The position numbers and the translations under genes were made by a program. Under the pieces are notes generated by a model. That model ran no database searches and was not told the DNA's origin. It saw nothing but the letters and a program-made list of their open reading frames with translations. A stretch of DNA of 64,000 bases, from positions 500,193 through 564,192 of the forward strand of contig JBMOMC010000001.1 of NCBI GenBank assembly GCA_049325335.1, in the 5' to 3' direction. The first letter of the stretch is position 1, and the number at the start of each line of letters is the position of its first letter. Shown here piece after piece: positions 29,709 through 40,759 of this stretch. Source of the stretch: Nitrospirota bacterium (GTDB lineage Bacteria; Nitrospirota; Nitrospiria; 2-01-FULL-66-17).

Positions 29709-30665
29709 TCAAGATCCAACCTTTATCAACCCCTTGAACGGGGGCTGGTCGTTCAGCACGTTCTCGATCACCGCACCGTGCCAAGCCATCAGATCCCAGA
29801 GCGGCTCGGGCCGTTCGACCGCGGCCGCGCCCAGCACACCGATAGCCTGGATCAACCGGTACACCGCCAACTCAGTCGGCCAGTCCGATACGCCATAACT
29901 ATCGAGCATCGGCGCCTCATACGCGGGATATCGGACCGCGGCCTCGTGCAGGTGCAGCAGATCGCACGCTGCGTGGCCCGACCACGCCCACTCCAGATCG
30001 AAGCAACCCGAAAGCCGCGGCGTCGGCAACACGTCGTATTGCAGGTTCCCGAAGTGAAAGTCTCCGTGCAGGAACACCCGCGTCGGGGACGCCGGAAGCA
30101 TCCCGACGCGCTCGCGCATCCACGCGCGGGCCCGCTCGGCCCACGCCGGCGCATACCCCAACCGCGTCTCGCAGCGGGCCACCAAGCTCCCGAACCACGC
30201 CTGACAATAATCCCGCCACACTTGGCCGCGATGGTGCGCCTCGATCAATGCTCCCTCAGGATCAGCGAAGGTGTGCAACCGACGCAGCAACGCGCCGACT
30301 TGCACCAACAACCCGTCGCGCACCGGATCAGGCAGACGCTCGATGTCGGCCCCCAGGTTGAACCCGGGCAAACGCGGCAGCAACGCATATTCGTCGGCAA
30401 TCAGGTCCCGCGCGGGATCGACGTGGTACGCGTTGGCAATCGGCAACCCCGGCGCACGATCCCACAGCCATCGATACACCGCGGCCTCGTGCGCCAGCTT
30501 GCCCCTCCCGCCCTCCATATCCACCCGGCACACCCACGCCGTCCCGTCCTCCAGCTCAAATACGAACGACCGGTTGATGACTCCGCCCGCCACAGGCGTC
30601 AAACTCCGAACCTTCGGCAGCCCAAAGCTGGCGGTCATCTGATTCGCCGTAATGAGACTGATCAC
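29709..30665 (-). CDS. Aminoglycoside-phosphotransferase-like kinase
   Basis: Brenner motif HGDFHFGNL and DLEWA; 'GGVINRSF' P-loop; start uncertain (30665 or 30638). Confidence 0.8.
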   Translation of the reverse strand: MISLITANQMTASFGLPKVRSLTPVAGGVINRSFVFELEDGTAWVCRVDMEGGRGKLAHEAAVYRWLWDRAPGLPIANAYHVDPARDLIADEYALLPRLPGFNLGADIERLPDPVRDGLLVQVGALLRRLHTFADPEGALIEAHHRGQVWRDYCQAWFGSLVARCETRLGYAPAWAERARAWMRERVGMLPASPTRVFLHGDFHFGNLQYDVLPTPRLSGCFDLEWAWSGHAACDLLHLHEAAVRYPAYEAPMLDSYGVSDWPTELAVYRLIQAIGVLGAAAVERPEPLWDLMAWHGAVIENVLNDQPPFKGLIKVGS

Positions 30666-30735
30666 GAATGAATATGGATGAGGTTTTTCGGCCGCTGAGA
30701 ACCGTGCAGATGTCAGACGGCCGAGGCGGCGAAGG

Positions 30736-31397
30736 CTACGCCTTCGCCGCCTCGGAGCGCATCGCGGCAATCGACTTCGCATAATCGCGCTTCCCGAAAA
30801 TCGCCGATCCCGCCACAAACACTTCCGCCCCCGCCTTCCGCAACGCGTTGGCGTTCTCGGGTTTGACCCCGCCGTCCACCTCGAGCAACACATGCGGCGC
30901 AATCGCGTCGATCAGCTTGCGCGCGGCCTTGAGCTTGTCCAACACAAACGGGATGAAGGTCTGACCCCCGAAGCCGGGGTTGACCGACATCACCAACAAC
31001 AGATCGATATCCGCCAAGATGGGCTCGACCAACGACAACGAGGTGGCTGGGTTGAGCGACACCCCGGCCTTCACACCTTTCTCTTTGATCAATTGCACGG
31101 TGCGGTGCAGGTGGGGACAGGCTTCCACGTGCACGGTGAGATAGTTGCTCCCCGCTTCAGCGAATTCCGGGATCAATGCGTCGGCATCGTGGATCATCAG
31201 GTGGACGTCCAGTGGCAACTCCGTGACGCGGCGTGCCGCTTCCACGATCATCGGGCCCACCGTGAGATTGGGCACGAACTGCCCGTCCATCACGTCGACG
31301 TGGATCAGGTCCGCGCCAGCCGTTTCCACGTCCCGAATCTCCTGTCCCAGGATGGTGAAGTCGGCGGACAGGATCGACGGCGCAATCTGCAGCGGTT

Positions 31398-31401
<4 letters not shown>
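30736..31401 (-). CDS. rpe: Ribulose-phosphate 3-epimerase
   Basis: 'IAPSILSADF', 'HVDVMDG', 'MSVNPGFGGQ', 'EVDGG'. Confidence 0.97.
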
Positions 31402-33069
<1,668 letters not shown>

Positions 33070-33077
<8 letters not shown>

Positions 33078-33993
33078 GCTGTACTCCCGTCGTGATCGCG
33101 TGACCGGTCAGATAGTCGCGAATTACCAGGCGCCGTTTGCCGGGAGTCTGGAGCTCGGTGATCACCAGGTGACCGTCGCGGGTCCCGACCGCGATACCCG
33201 CAGCGTCGGCTCGCAACACCATGCCGGGCTCCCCAGTCCCGGATTCGACCGTGGCGTTCCAGATCCTCCACGGCTCCCCGGCGTGCGTCGTCCACGCGCC
33301 GGGCCAAGGGTCCATGCCGCGCACGAGCGCGTGGATCGCGGCCGCAGGTTGCCGCCAATCGATCCGGCCGTCGTCTTTCTTGAGCATGGGCGCCAGCGTG
33401 GCCCGCGAGGAATCTTGAACCGTGGGCGACAACCGGCCGGCCGCAAGCAGATCCAATGTCTCGTTCAGCGTTCGCGCGCCCAACGCCGCAAGGCGAGCAC
33501 CCAGGGTGGCCGTTGTATCTTCCGGGCGAATCGCCATCGCCCGCTGCAACAACATGGGCCCCGTGTCCATGCCCGGGTCCATCTGCATGGTGGTGATCCC
33601 GGTCTCGGTTTCGCCCCGGATAATCGCCCACGCAATGGGCGCAGCCCCTCGGTACTTGGGCAGCAACGAGGCATGGACGTTGATGCACCCCAGACGCGGG
33701 ATATCCAACAACGTCTTGGGAAGGATCTGCCCGAACGCCACCACCACGATCAGGTCCGGCGCCGCGGTTCGGCACCATTCCAGAAACTCGGGCTGTCGAA
33801 CCTTGGCCGGCTGCTGCACCGGAACGCCTGCCGCCAGTGCCGCGACTTTCACGGGCGGCGCGCTCACTCGCTGCCCGCGGCCCTGCGGGCGATCCGGCTG
33901 CGTGACCACGGCCACAAGCTGCTCGCCTCGTGCCCGCAGCGCCTCCAGAGAAGGGAGGGCGAACTCGGGCGTGCCCATGAAGATCACACGCAT
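33070..33993 (-). CDS. fmt: Methionyl-tRNA formyltransferase
   Basis: 'FMGTPEFA', 'NVHASLLPKYRGAAP', 'MDTGPM'. Confidence 0.97.
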
Positions 33994-34008
33994 GGAGAAA
34001 TGGAGCGG

Positions 34009-34521
34009 TTACCCGCCTTCGGCGCGAAGACGTTTCTTGAACTTGCGTTGAATCAGGTCGCGTTTCAACGGGCTGAGGTGGTCGAACATCAGCACCCCGT
34101 TGAGGTGATCGAGCTCGTGCTGGAACAGCCGCGCCTCCAGGCCCTTAGCTTCGAGTTCGACCTCCTTGCCGTCGCGATCAAACCCCTTGAGCATGACGCG
34201 CGCCGCGCGGCTGACGACTTCACGGTAATCCGGAATCGAGAGACAGCCTTCTTCTTCTTGGATCTCCCCCTCCTGTTCCACGATGGTGGGGTTGATGATG
34301 ATGCGTTTGTCCTGTTCGCCCTCGCGAATCCCCATGTCATACACGAACAATCGGATCGGTTCCCCGATCTGCGGCGCGGCCAAACCCAGACCGGGCACCG
34401 CGTACAGCGTCTCGAACATGTTCTCGATCAGCGCCTGCAGCTTGCCGTCCACGTTCGTGATCGGCTCAGCCGTACGCTTGAGCACCTCTTCCGGATATTC
34501 GCGAATACGTAAGATGGACAT
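34009..34521 (-). CDS. def: Peptide deformylase
   Basis: GLGLAAPQ, EGCLS, QHELDHL motifs. Confidence 0.97.
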   Translation of the reverse strand: MSILRIREYPEEVLKRTAEPITNVDGKLQALIENMFETLYAVPGLGLAAPQIGEPIRLFVYDMGIREGEQDKRIIINPTIVEQEGEIQEEEGCLSIPDYREVVSRAARVMLKGFDRDGKEVELEAKGLEARLFQHELDHLNGVLMFDHLSPLKRDLIQRKFKKRLRAEGG

Positions 34522-34630
34522 TTCCGGTATGATGCCACGCCGAGGCCCCGAAATCAAGACGAGTTCGGCGCTGATTAGCCCGAATCGGGATGATCCAACG
34601 CGACGCATTGTCCCGCGCGCGGAGCGCGGC

Positions 34631-34660
34631 TTGACGGAGGCTTCTGCGGTTTGTTACGAT
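34631..34660 (+). promoter_or_regulatory. tRNA promoter TTGACG-N18-TACGAT (extended -10)
   Basis: Directly upstream of the tRNA at 34667. Confidence 0.65.
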
Positions 34661-34666
34661 GCCGTC

Positions 34667-34740
34667 CGCGGGGTGGAGCAGCTTGGCAGCTCGTCGGGCT
34701 CATAACCCGAAGGTCGTCGGTTCAAATCCGGCCCCCGCAA
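34667..34740 (+). tRNA. Initiator tRNA-Met (CAT), CCA end not encoded
   Basis: Cloverleaf; C1-A72 mismatch; three G-C pairs in anticodon stem TCGGG-CTCATAA-CCCGA; TTCAAAT T-loop. Confidence 0.96.
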
Positions 34741-34741
34741 C
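34698..34741 (+). repeat. att core, tRNA-proximal copy
   Basis: GCTCATAACCCGAAGGTCGTCGGTTCAAATCCGGCCCCCGCAAC identical to 61015-61058. Confidence 0.95.
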
Positions 34742-35840
34742 TTTGAAAATCAACGGGTTGGCTCTTCGGGGTCAGCCCTTTTTTATTGCGCTGTGCTGAA
34801 AGTGTGCTGACGGACATCGTGCCCACCCGATCCAGCGCCTCGATCCCCGGCCGCAAGCTCTCCGGATAATGATGCGCATACCGCATCACCATCTGAATCG
34901 TTTTCCAGCGACCCAGCTTCTGCACCGTGTACACGTCCACGCCGGCCTGAACCAGCCGGGTGGCAAACGTGTGCCGAAGATCGTGGAAACGGAAGTTGGT
35001 GATGCCCGCCTCGTCCCGTGCGATGTAAAACGCACGGAGGAGATTTCTCGCGTCTCGGCGCTTGCCTTCGTTGTTCGCAAACACGAAATCAGACGCGAGG
35101 CTTCTCACCTTGGCGCGCGCTGTTAAGACCTCCAGCGCCCGGGCATTCACCGGCAGCGTGTCCACACACTTGTTCTTTTGCTTGAGCAACGTGATCGTTC
35201 GTCGGAACATATCGACCTGCGGCCATTCGAGATTCAAGATCTCGCTTTGCCGAAGGCCCGTGTTGATCGCAAACAGGATGATCTCTTGGAGCCAGTCGGG
35301 CGACGCATCAAGAAGCGCTTTCTCTTCCTGCAGGGTCAGCCACCGCTCGATGTGATTGTCGACCCGCTCTCGCGAGACCCCAATGACCGGATTCTTGTCC
35401 GTCCACTCCCATTCCGCCACCGCGCGCTTAAACGCGTGGGACAGCAGCGCCAGTTCGCTATTGACAGTCTTCGGTGCGGCTTGCTCTGCCCGGCGTTGGC
35501 TTTTGTACTCGGCAATGAGCTTGGGCGTAATGTCGTGGAGCAGTCGCTCGTCGCCAAAGAACTTGAGCAAATGATCGCTTAAGCTCTGGTCGCGCACATA
35601 CGAAGTGTGCGTCTTGTTGCGTTTGGAGTGTTCCGCCAAGTAGCGCTCGATCATCTGCTTGAGTGTTCTGTTCTGATCCGGTCTGCGATCAAACCATTTC
35701 CCTTCGGCCACTTCCGTTTGGATCTTGCAGGCGATCCGTTCCGCGAGTTTCTTGTCGGTGACTTGAAGCGATCGCCTGATTTGTCTTCCCTGAAACTGCA
35801 GGGTCACACAGTACGTTCGGCCACGCCGAAAAAGTTTCAT
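34722..35840 (-). CDS. int: Tyrosine integrase (phage integrase family)
   Basis: TGLRQSE (R), HDLRH (HxxR), LGRW (Trp in place of second His), RYAH (Y); stop codon lies inside the att core. Confidence 0.95.
   Translation of the reverse strand: MKLFRRGRTYCVTLQFQGRQIRRSLQVTDKKLAERIACKIQTEVAEGKWFDRRPDQNRTLKQMIERYLAEHSKRNKTHTSYVRDQSLSDHLLKFFGDERLLHDITPKLIAEYKSQRRAEQAAPKTVNSELALLSHAFKRAVAEWEWTDKNPVIGVSRERVDNHIERWLTLQEEKALLDASPDWLQEIILFAINTGLRQSEILNLEWPQVDMFRRTITLLKQKNKCVDTLPVNARALEVLTARAKVRSLASDFVFANNEGKRRDARNLLRAFYIARDEAGITNFRFHDLRHTFATRLVQAGVDVYTVQKLGRWKTIQMVMRYAHHYPESLRPGIEALDRVGTMSVSTLSAQRNKKGLTPKSQPVDFQSCGGRI
34755..34784 (+). terminator. Island-supplied Rho-independent terminator for the tRNA
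   Basis: GGGTTGGCTC-TTCG-GGGTCAGCCC followed by T6. Confidence 0.8.
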
Positions 35841-36160
35841 CGCCCCTCCTTTCTGTGGGCGTGGCCTGGTTTCCCGATGGGGCGATTATATGCTCTTTTC
35901 ACGTCTCCGATCGAGCGGGTGATGACGTGATCCAGGGAAGCCGGGGGCCGAGCAATTTCTTTGACCACCGATCGGGCTTGAGCAGCAATCGTGATCGGAT
36001 CATGGTGCTGGCCGGCCAGCCAGGCGTCGATTTCCGCCTTCCGAAACCGCACCAGGCGATTGATCTTGTAGTGCGGGATTTCTGGGATGTGGGCGTAAAG
36101 GGTTGAGCGCTTGATGCCCAGATACGCTGACAGCTCCTTGATGTCCCACAACTCAGCCAT
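35837..36160 (-). CDS. Excisionase/AlpA-like HTH protein
   Basis: 'WDIKELSAYLGIKRSTLY...IPHYKINRLVRFRKAEIDAW'; ATGA-coupled to int. Confidence 0.88.
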   Translation of the reverse strand: MAELWDIKELSAYLGIKRSTLYAHIPEIPHYKINRLVRFRKAEIDAWLAGQHHDPITIAAQARSVVKEIARPPASLDHVITRSIGDVKRAYNRPIGKPGHAHRKEGR

Positions 36161-36260
36161 GATTCTCAGCCATGATTCAGTTCGTCCTCTGATCGGCCCC
36201 CGCCGGGAGCTGATCCCGTGGTGCCGGTTTCACGGATCGTATTCCCGCCGTGGTGCCCCT

Positions 36261-36345
36261 TTCATGAAACTTTTCATGAAACTTTCTGTCCGATCGGGCT
36301 TTTGGGACCCGATTTCATGAAAATTTTCATGAACATGTTCATGAA
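36261..36345. repeat. Array of five palindromic TTCATGAA boxes, 12-bp period (2+3)
   Basis: Copies start at 36261, 36273, 36314, 36326, 36338. Confidence 0.85.
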
Positions 36346-36893
36346 GCCCTCCACGGGCAGCTCGCGATCGAGGCCTGCGCGAGGTCTTTCACCCGCTCCA
36401 TGAGCGCCTCAGGCGCGTTGTGGTACCGCACGTACTCCTCGAGGCCGACCGCCTCCCCGGCCCGCAGGCGCTGCCGGATCTCCAGATAGGTGAAATACAT
36501 GGCGGCGAATTCACGCCTGGCCTCGTCCGCCAGCTCACGGAGCTCGTCGTGGCGGAGCCGTTCTGACCGGGAAAACCACTCCCGCCAGCGTTTCCAGGCT
36601 GCGGATGACACACTGGCCGCCGTCCGGGGCTTCAAGTTGAACCGCGCTCCGATTCGTGTCTTGCCGTAGTTCCCCGAGAACAGCTTCCGGGGTGAGCCCT
36701 CGGAGAAGAACGTCACGCCCCGGCGCTCGTAGTCCGCTTCGACCTCAGCGAGCAGTTTGGGAAGATGGATGGTGACGAGATTCCTCGACTGCTCCGGTGC
36801 GTCCGGAAGTTTCGGAACGTACACCCGGCGCCCAGCCAGGCCGTGCTTGACCATGACGTCAATGATCTCTTGCGGCAGCCTCGATTTCCTCAT
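36339..36893 (-). CDS. Hypothetical protein, possible Mor/CD3324-like DNA-binding regulator
   Basis: 184 aa from MRKSRLPQEIIDVMVKHGLAGRRVYVPK; resemblance to the Mor-type 'G..YxPK' motif judged by eye only. Confidence 0.55.
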   Translation of the reverse strand: MRKSRLPQEIIDVMVKHGLAGRRVYVPKLPDAPEQSRNLVTIHLPKLLAEVEADYERRGVTFFSEGSPRKLFSGNYGKTRIGARFNLKPRTAASVSSAAWKRWREWFSRSERLRHDELRELADEARREFAAMYFTYLEIRQRLRAGEAVGLEEYVRYHNAPEALMERVKDLAQASIASCPWRAS

Positions 36894-37132
36894 AGTCTTC
36901 GCCCCCCCGTGCACGGATTCCGACCCACGCTTCCCCCTGAACCATAAGTGCAAGGCCCCCCTCCCACCCGGAGGTTCCCTCGTGCAATCCGTTGTGGCCC
37001 AATCAATCGACCTGGACTCGGGCGTTTTGGCTGCCCCGAGCGTAACAGGGCGTCGCACGAGCCTCCCATCGTTTTCCTGCCAAGTTCGGTCAATTTCTGG
37101 CGGGATTTTGGTGCGCGCCCGCGCCCATCGTC

Positions 37133-37141
37133 TGCTATAAT
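37133..37141 (+). promoter_or_regulatory. Extended -10 promoter TGCTATAAT for the radC operon
   Basis: Perfect TGnTATAAT ~240 nt upstream of radC. Confidence 0.55.
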
Positions 37142-37383
37142 TTCTGCCTTTTTCCCCTCGTCCGAGAAACCCAACCCCGAAAAATGAATTGGCCCCTGCG
37201 GGGTGGAGTGAGCCCGGCCCCCTCCATCCCTCCCCGGACAGGGAAGCCATCCGTCAGGCCTCCGCCAGTCTGGGACGTAGCCGACGACCGTCGTCCGGCT
37301 CCCCAACCCGAAAAACGACCTCCTGATTCGGCGTGATCGGGGCACGGCCCCGAACTCGTTGATCCCAGGCTAAGGAGGTTGCG

Positions 37384-37893
37384 ATGGACGACACTCCAAA
37401 CGGTAGGGCCGGACCTGCGTGCGGGCGTGACCCGTCGCGGAAGGCGATCGCGGTGGTCCGCATCCAGATGGTCCGGGAGGGGCGATTTCCCTACGGGTCC
37501 ACGGCCATCAGCCAGTCCTCGGACGCGGCGAAGCTCGTCCAGACCTATCTCGCCGGCGCGGACCGCGAGTACTTCGTGCTCCTGCTGCTCGACGGCAAGC
37601 ATCGGGTCAACGCCATCAACGTGGTCGCGATCGGCTCGTTGACCGCGGCGCTCGTCCATGCCCGGGAGGTCTTCAAACCCGCGGTGCTGGCCAACGCCGC
37701 GGCCGTCATCCTCGCGCACAACCACCCGTCAGGCGATCCCGAGCCCAGTCGGGAGGATCGGGAGCTGACCGAGCGATTGGTCAAGGCCGGTCGGCTCCTG
37801 GGTATCACCGTGCTCGACCACGTGATCGTGGGCGAGGAGGGGTTCTTCAGCTTCGCCGATCACCACCTGATTCCCAATGGAGGGTCCCTATGA
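37384..37893 (+). CDS. radC: RadC-like JAB domain protein (short, mobile-element type)
   Basis: 'REYF', 'HAREVFK', 'AHNHPSGDPEPSRED', 'LDHVIVG'; AAGGAGG RBS. Confidence 0.93.
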   Translation: MDDTPNGRAGPACGRDPSRKAIAVVRIQMVREGRFPYGSTAISQSSDAAKLVQTYLAGADREYFVLLLLDGKHRVNAINVVAIGSLTAALVHAREVFKPAVLANAAAVILAHNHPSGDPEPSREDRELTERLVKAGRLLGITVLDHVIVGEEGFFSFADHHLIPNGGSL

Positions 37894-39941
37894 TCGCCAA
37901 GACTACGCCGGTCACACTGCCCTGGCTGGAAGCGTTTACCGTTCCAGCGGAGCCGATTCCCGCAGAACCCCTCCTGGTCGGCCTCAATGCCGAGCAGCGC
38001 GAGGTGGCGATGCACGGAGAAGGGCCGCTGCTGGTGCTGGCGGTGGCGGGGTCGGGCAAGACCATGGCCATGGCGCATCGGGTCGCCTATCTGGTCTCGG
38101 CGCGGAACATCCCGCCTGCGCAGATCCTGTGCCTGACCTTTACCAACAAGGCGGCCTGCGAAATGCGCGAGCGGATCGCCCGCGTGGCGCATCGGCCGAT
38201 GCAGGACGTGACCGTTGCGACATTCCATGGGTTCTGCGCTCGCCTCGTGCGCAGCCACCACGACCTGATTCCCCGAAGCGATCGCTTCCGCATCTACGAC
38301 GGGGACGACAGTCGCCGGCTGGTCAAGGCCGTGGCTGAGGAGCTCGACGCGCCCGGAATGTGGGAGTCGCTGCGAGCAGACATCGACCGACTCAAGCACT
38401 TGGGCATTGCCCCCGGCCATGAGCTCGCTGCGTCTGCGGCTTCGGTCCCACCCACCGCCTACTACCTCGCCCTGCTGGACGAAGCCTACCGCAGGTACGA
38501 GCGGCGTCTGGAACGAGACGACGCGGTCGATTTCCCCGACCTGCTACTCAAGGCCCTGCGGCTGCTGGAGACCTACCCTCCAGTGGCGGATCGGGTACGG
38601 CGTCGTTATCGCCACATCCTGGTCGACGAGTACCAGGACACCTGTCCCCTGCAGGAACGTGTGCTCCAGTTCCTCGCGGCTCCGGCCTACAACGTGTGCG
38701 CGGTCGGGGACGACGACCAAGCGATCTATGCGTTTCGGCACGCGGACGCAGCCGGCATCCTCAACTTCGAGGCGCGCTTCCCTGGGGCGACGGTGATTCG
38801 GATGGAAACAAATTACCGCTCCAGCGGGAGGATCGTCGCGGTCGCTCGTCGGATCATCAGCACCAACCGTCATCGCACGCTCAAAGCCATCACCACCTCC
38901 AACGCCACTGGCGAGCCTGTGGAGGTGGTCGCGTGCCGGTCCGCCGAGCACGAGGCGGGCTGGATCGCCGACACCATTGCGCAGCTCGCGCGTGACGGCG
39001 CTGGGTTCGGGGAGATCGCCATTCTGGGCCGCGTGGCCTCGCTCTTCCGTCCGGTGGAGCAGGCGCTGGCCGACGCCCAGATCCCCTACAGCCTGGTCGA
39101 TGGGCTGGCGTTCTGGGAACGGCGCGAAATCAAAGACGCGATGGCCTTCCTCCGGTTCATCGACGATCCCAGCGACGCGGTCAGCTTCAAACGGATCGCC
39201 AACCTCCCTCCGCGTGGGGTGGGGAAACGGGTGATGGCGCGGATCGATCACGCCATCGCGGCCCACCGTGGCAAGCCGGTGATGGAGAACCTCCTTGGGG
39301 TTGACGGGATCCCGCGCCGGCTCCGCGCCTTCCTCAACATGATGGACGCGCTCCGAGCCACATCTTTTCCGGTGAGCCGCATGCTGGAGACCGTCCTGGA
39401 GCGCGTCGGCTACGAGGAGCACGTGACCAAGACCTACTCCGACTCGGCCAGACGGTTGGCCAACCTGACCCAGCTCGTCGACATCGCGCGGCGCTTTGAC
39501 CGGGACGTGGGCGGCGACCTGGGGGCTTTTCTCACCCACGTCGCCGGCAACGACCACGAGGCGGCTGGCAATCAGACGAAGACCGTGCGGCTCATGACGA
39601 TCCACGCGGCCAAGGGCCTCGAGTTCCGGATCGTTTTTGTCGTCGGCTTGGAGGACGGCGTGCTGCCCCACGCGCGCGACCGCGACAACCTCGAGGAAGA
39701 GCGGCGGCTCTTCTACGTGGCCGCGACCCGGGCGCGAGAGCGGCTCTTTCTCTCGTGGTCGGCCCAGCGGGTGGTTCAGGGGCGAGAAATGAGTCATCGG
39801 CTGTCGCCCTTTGTGCGCGAGATCCTGCCACAAAGGGCCGGAGCGTGGGGCGGTGAGCGTTCCGACGCGGCTGCGGATCCCGTGGTGATCTGTCACCAGC
39901 CCCGTCTCCAGAGGCAACGGGAGACGGTAGCAAACGGTTAA
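37890..39941 (+). CDS. UvrD/PcrA-like SF1 helicase
   Basis: AVAGSGKT, TFTNKAA, DEYQD, VGDDDQAIY, NYRS, TIHAAKGLEF, EERRLFYVAATRA. Confidence 0.95.
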   Translation: MIAKTTPVTLPWLEAFTVPAEPIPAEPLLVGLNAEQREVAMHGEGPLLVLAVAGSGKTMAMAHRVAYLVSARNIPPAQILCLTFTNKAACEMRERIARVAHRPMQDVTVATFHGFCARLVRSHHDLIPRSDRFRIYDGDDSRRLVKAVAEELDAPGMWESLRADIDRLKHLGIAPGHELAASAASVPPTAYYLALLDEAYRRYERRLERDDAVDFPDLLLKALRLLETYPPVADRVRRRYRHILVDEYQDTCPLQERVLQFLAAPAYNVCAVGDDDQAIYAFRHADAAGILNFEARFPGATVIRMETNYRSSGRIVAVARRIISTNRHRTLKAITTSNATGEPVEVVACRSAEHEAGWIADTIAQLARDGAGFGEIAILGRVASLFRPVEQALADAQIPYSLVDGLAFWERREIKDAMAFLRFIDDPSDAVSFKRIANLPPRGVGKRVMARIDHAIAAHRGKPVMENLLGVDGIPRRLRAFLNMMDALRATSFPVSRMLETVLERVGYEEHVTKTYSDSARRLANLTQLVDIARRFDRDVGGDLGAFLTHVAGNDHEAAGNQTKTVRLMTIHAAKGLEFRIVFVVGLEDGVLPHARDRDNLEEERRLFYVAATRARERLFLSWSAQRVVQGREMSHRLSPFVREILPQRAGAWGGERSDAAADPVVICHQPRLQRQRETVANG

Positions 39942-39954
39942 GGAGGGAGGTCAA

Positions 39955-40746
39955 ATGACGCTGTCGCACAGCAGAGTGACGCGATACGACTTCTGCCCGC
40001 GGGCATACCGCTACTACTACCTCGAGGGATGGCGACCCGTGACGAAGAAGCCGGCGCTGCTCTTTGGCGACGCGATCGATCGCGGCCTCACCGCCCTGTT
40101 TCAACGCGGCGCCGACCCGGTGGCGGTCTTTGAGGCCGGGTGGCAGGCGCTCAAGGATGCAGACGTGGAGTGGGGCAAGCGGCACACGTGGGACGCCCTG
40201 TTGGAGATCGGGAAAGGCGCGTTGGTGCGCTTTGTGGCGGAGGAACTGCCCCGATTCTCGAACGTCGCCCCTGAGCACGTGCAGCGAAGTCTCTCCGCCG
40301 AAGTCGATGGCGTGGGCTTTGTCGGGTATCCGGATCTGTATGGCGAGGTCGATGGACTCCGCACGCTGGTGGATTTCAAGACCGCGCAGTCAGCCTACGA
40401 TGCCGAAGAAGTCCAGCTCAACGAGCAGTTGACCGCGTACTGGTGGCTCTTGGAGGCCAATGGCATCCCAGTGGATCGCGTGGCGTTCTGCGTCCTGCTC
40501 AAGCTCAAGGAACCGAAGATCGAATGGTCCTTCGCGACCAGAACGCCCCAGGACATCGCGGAGTATCGCGAGAAGCTGGCCCTTGTGGCCGGCGACATCG
40601 CCAGCAGCCGCTTTCCGAAGAAGACGTCGTCGTGCGGGTTGTGGAGTGGGTGCGACTACCGGCCGTTGTGTCTCGGGAACGAGACCGCCATTCGCACTCA
40701 CCTGGTACTGACCGAGGAGATGTCGGACGAAGAGATCGTCGTGTAG
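39955..40746 (+). CDS. PD-(D/E)XK RecB/AddB/Cas4-like nuclease with probable 4Fe-4S cluster
   Basis: 'SHS..YDFCP', PD..VDFKT, QLTAY, C-terminal CGLWSGCDYRPLC. Confidence 0.88.
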   Translation: MTLSHSRVTRYDFCPRAYRYYYLEGWRPVTKKPALLFGDAIDRGLTALFQRGADPVAVFEAGWQALKDADVEWGKRHTWDALLEIGKGALVRFVAEELPRFSNVAPEHVQRSLSAEVDGVGFVGYPDLYGEVDGLRTLVDFKTAQSAYDAEEVQLNEQLTAYWWLLEANGIPVDRVAFCVLLKLKEPKIEWSFATRTPQDIAEYREKLALVAGDIASSRFPKKTSSCGLWSGCDYRPLCLGNETAIRTHLVLTEEMSDEEIVV

Positions 40747-40759
40747 AAGGGAGGACACC

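Noticed and set aside
29709..30665. Aminoglycoside resistance gene
   Set aside because: Only the general APH/choline-kinase fold motifs are visible, and the gene lies at the end of a housekeeping operon; substrate cannot be inferred
36261..36345. TTCATGAA array as a mini-CRISPR
   Set aside because: Repeats are 8 bp with mostly 4-bp spacers; geometry fits protein-binding sites
39955..40746. Cas4-like nuclease as sign of a CRISPR-Cas system
   Set aside because: No cas1/cas2 or effector genes and no repeat-spacer array seen anywhere in the window
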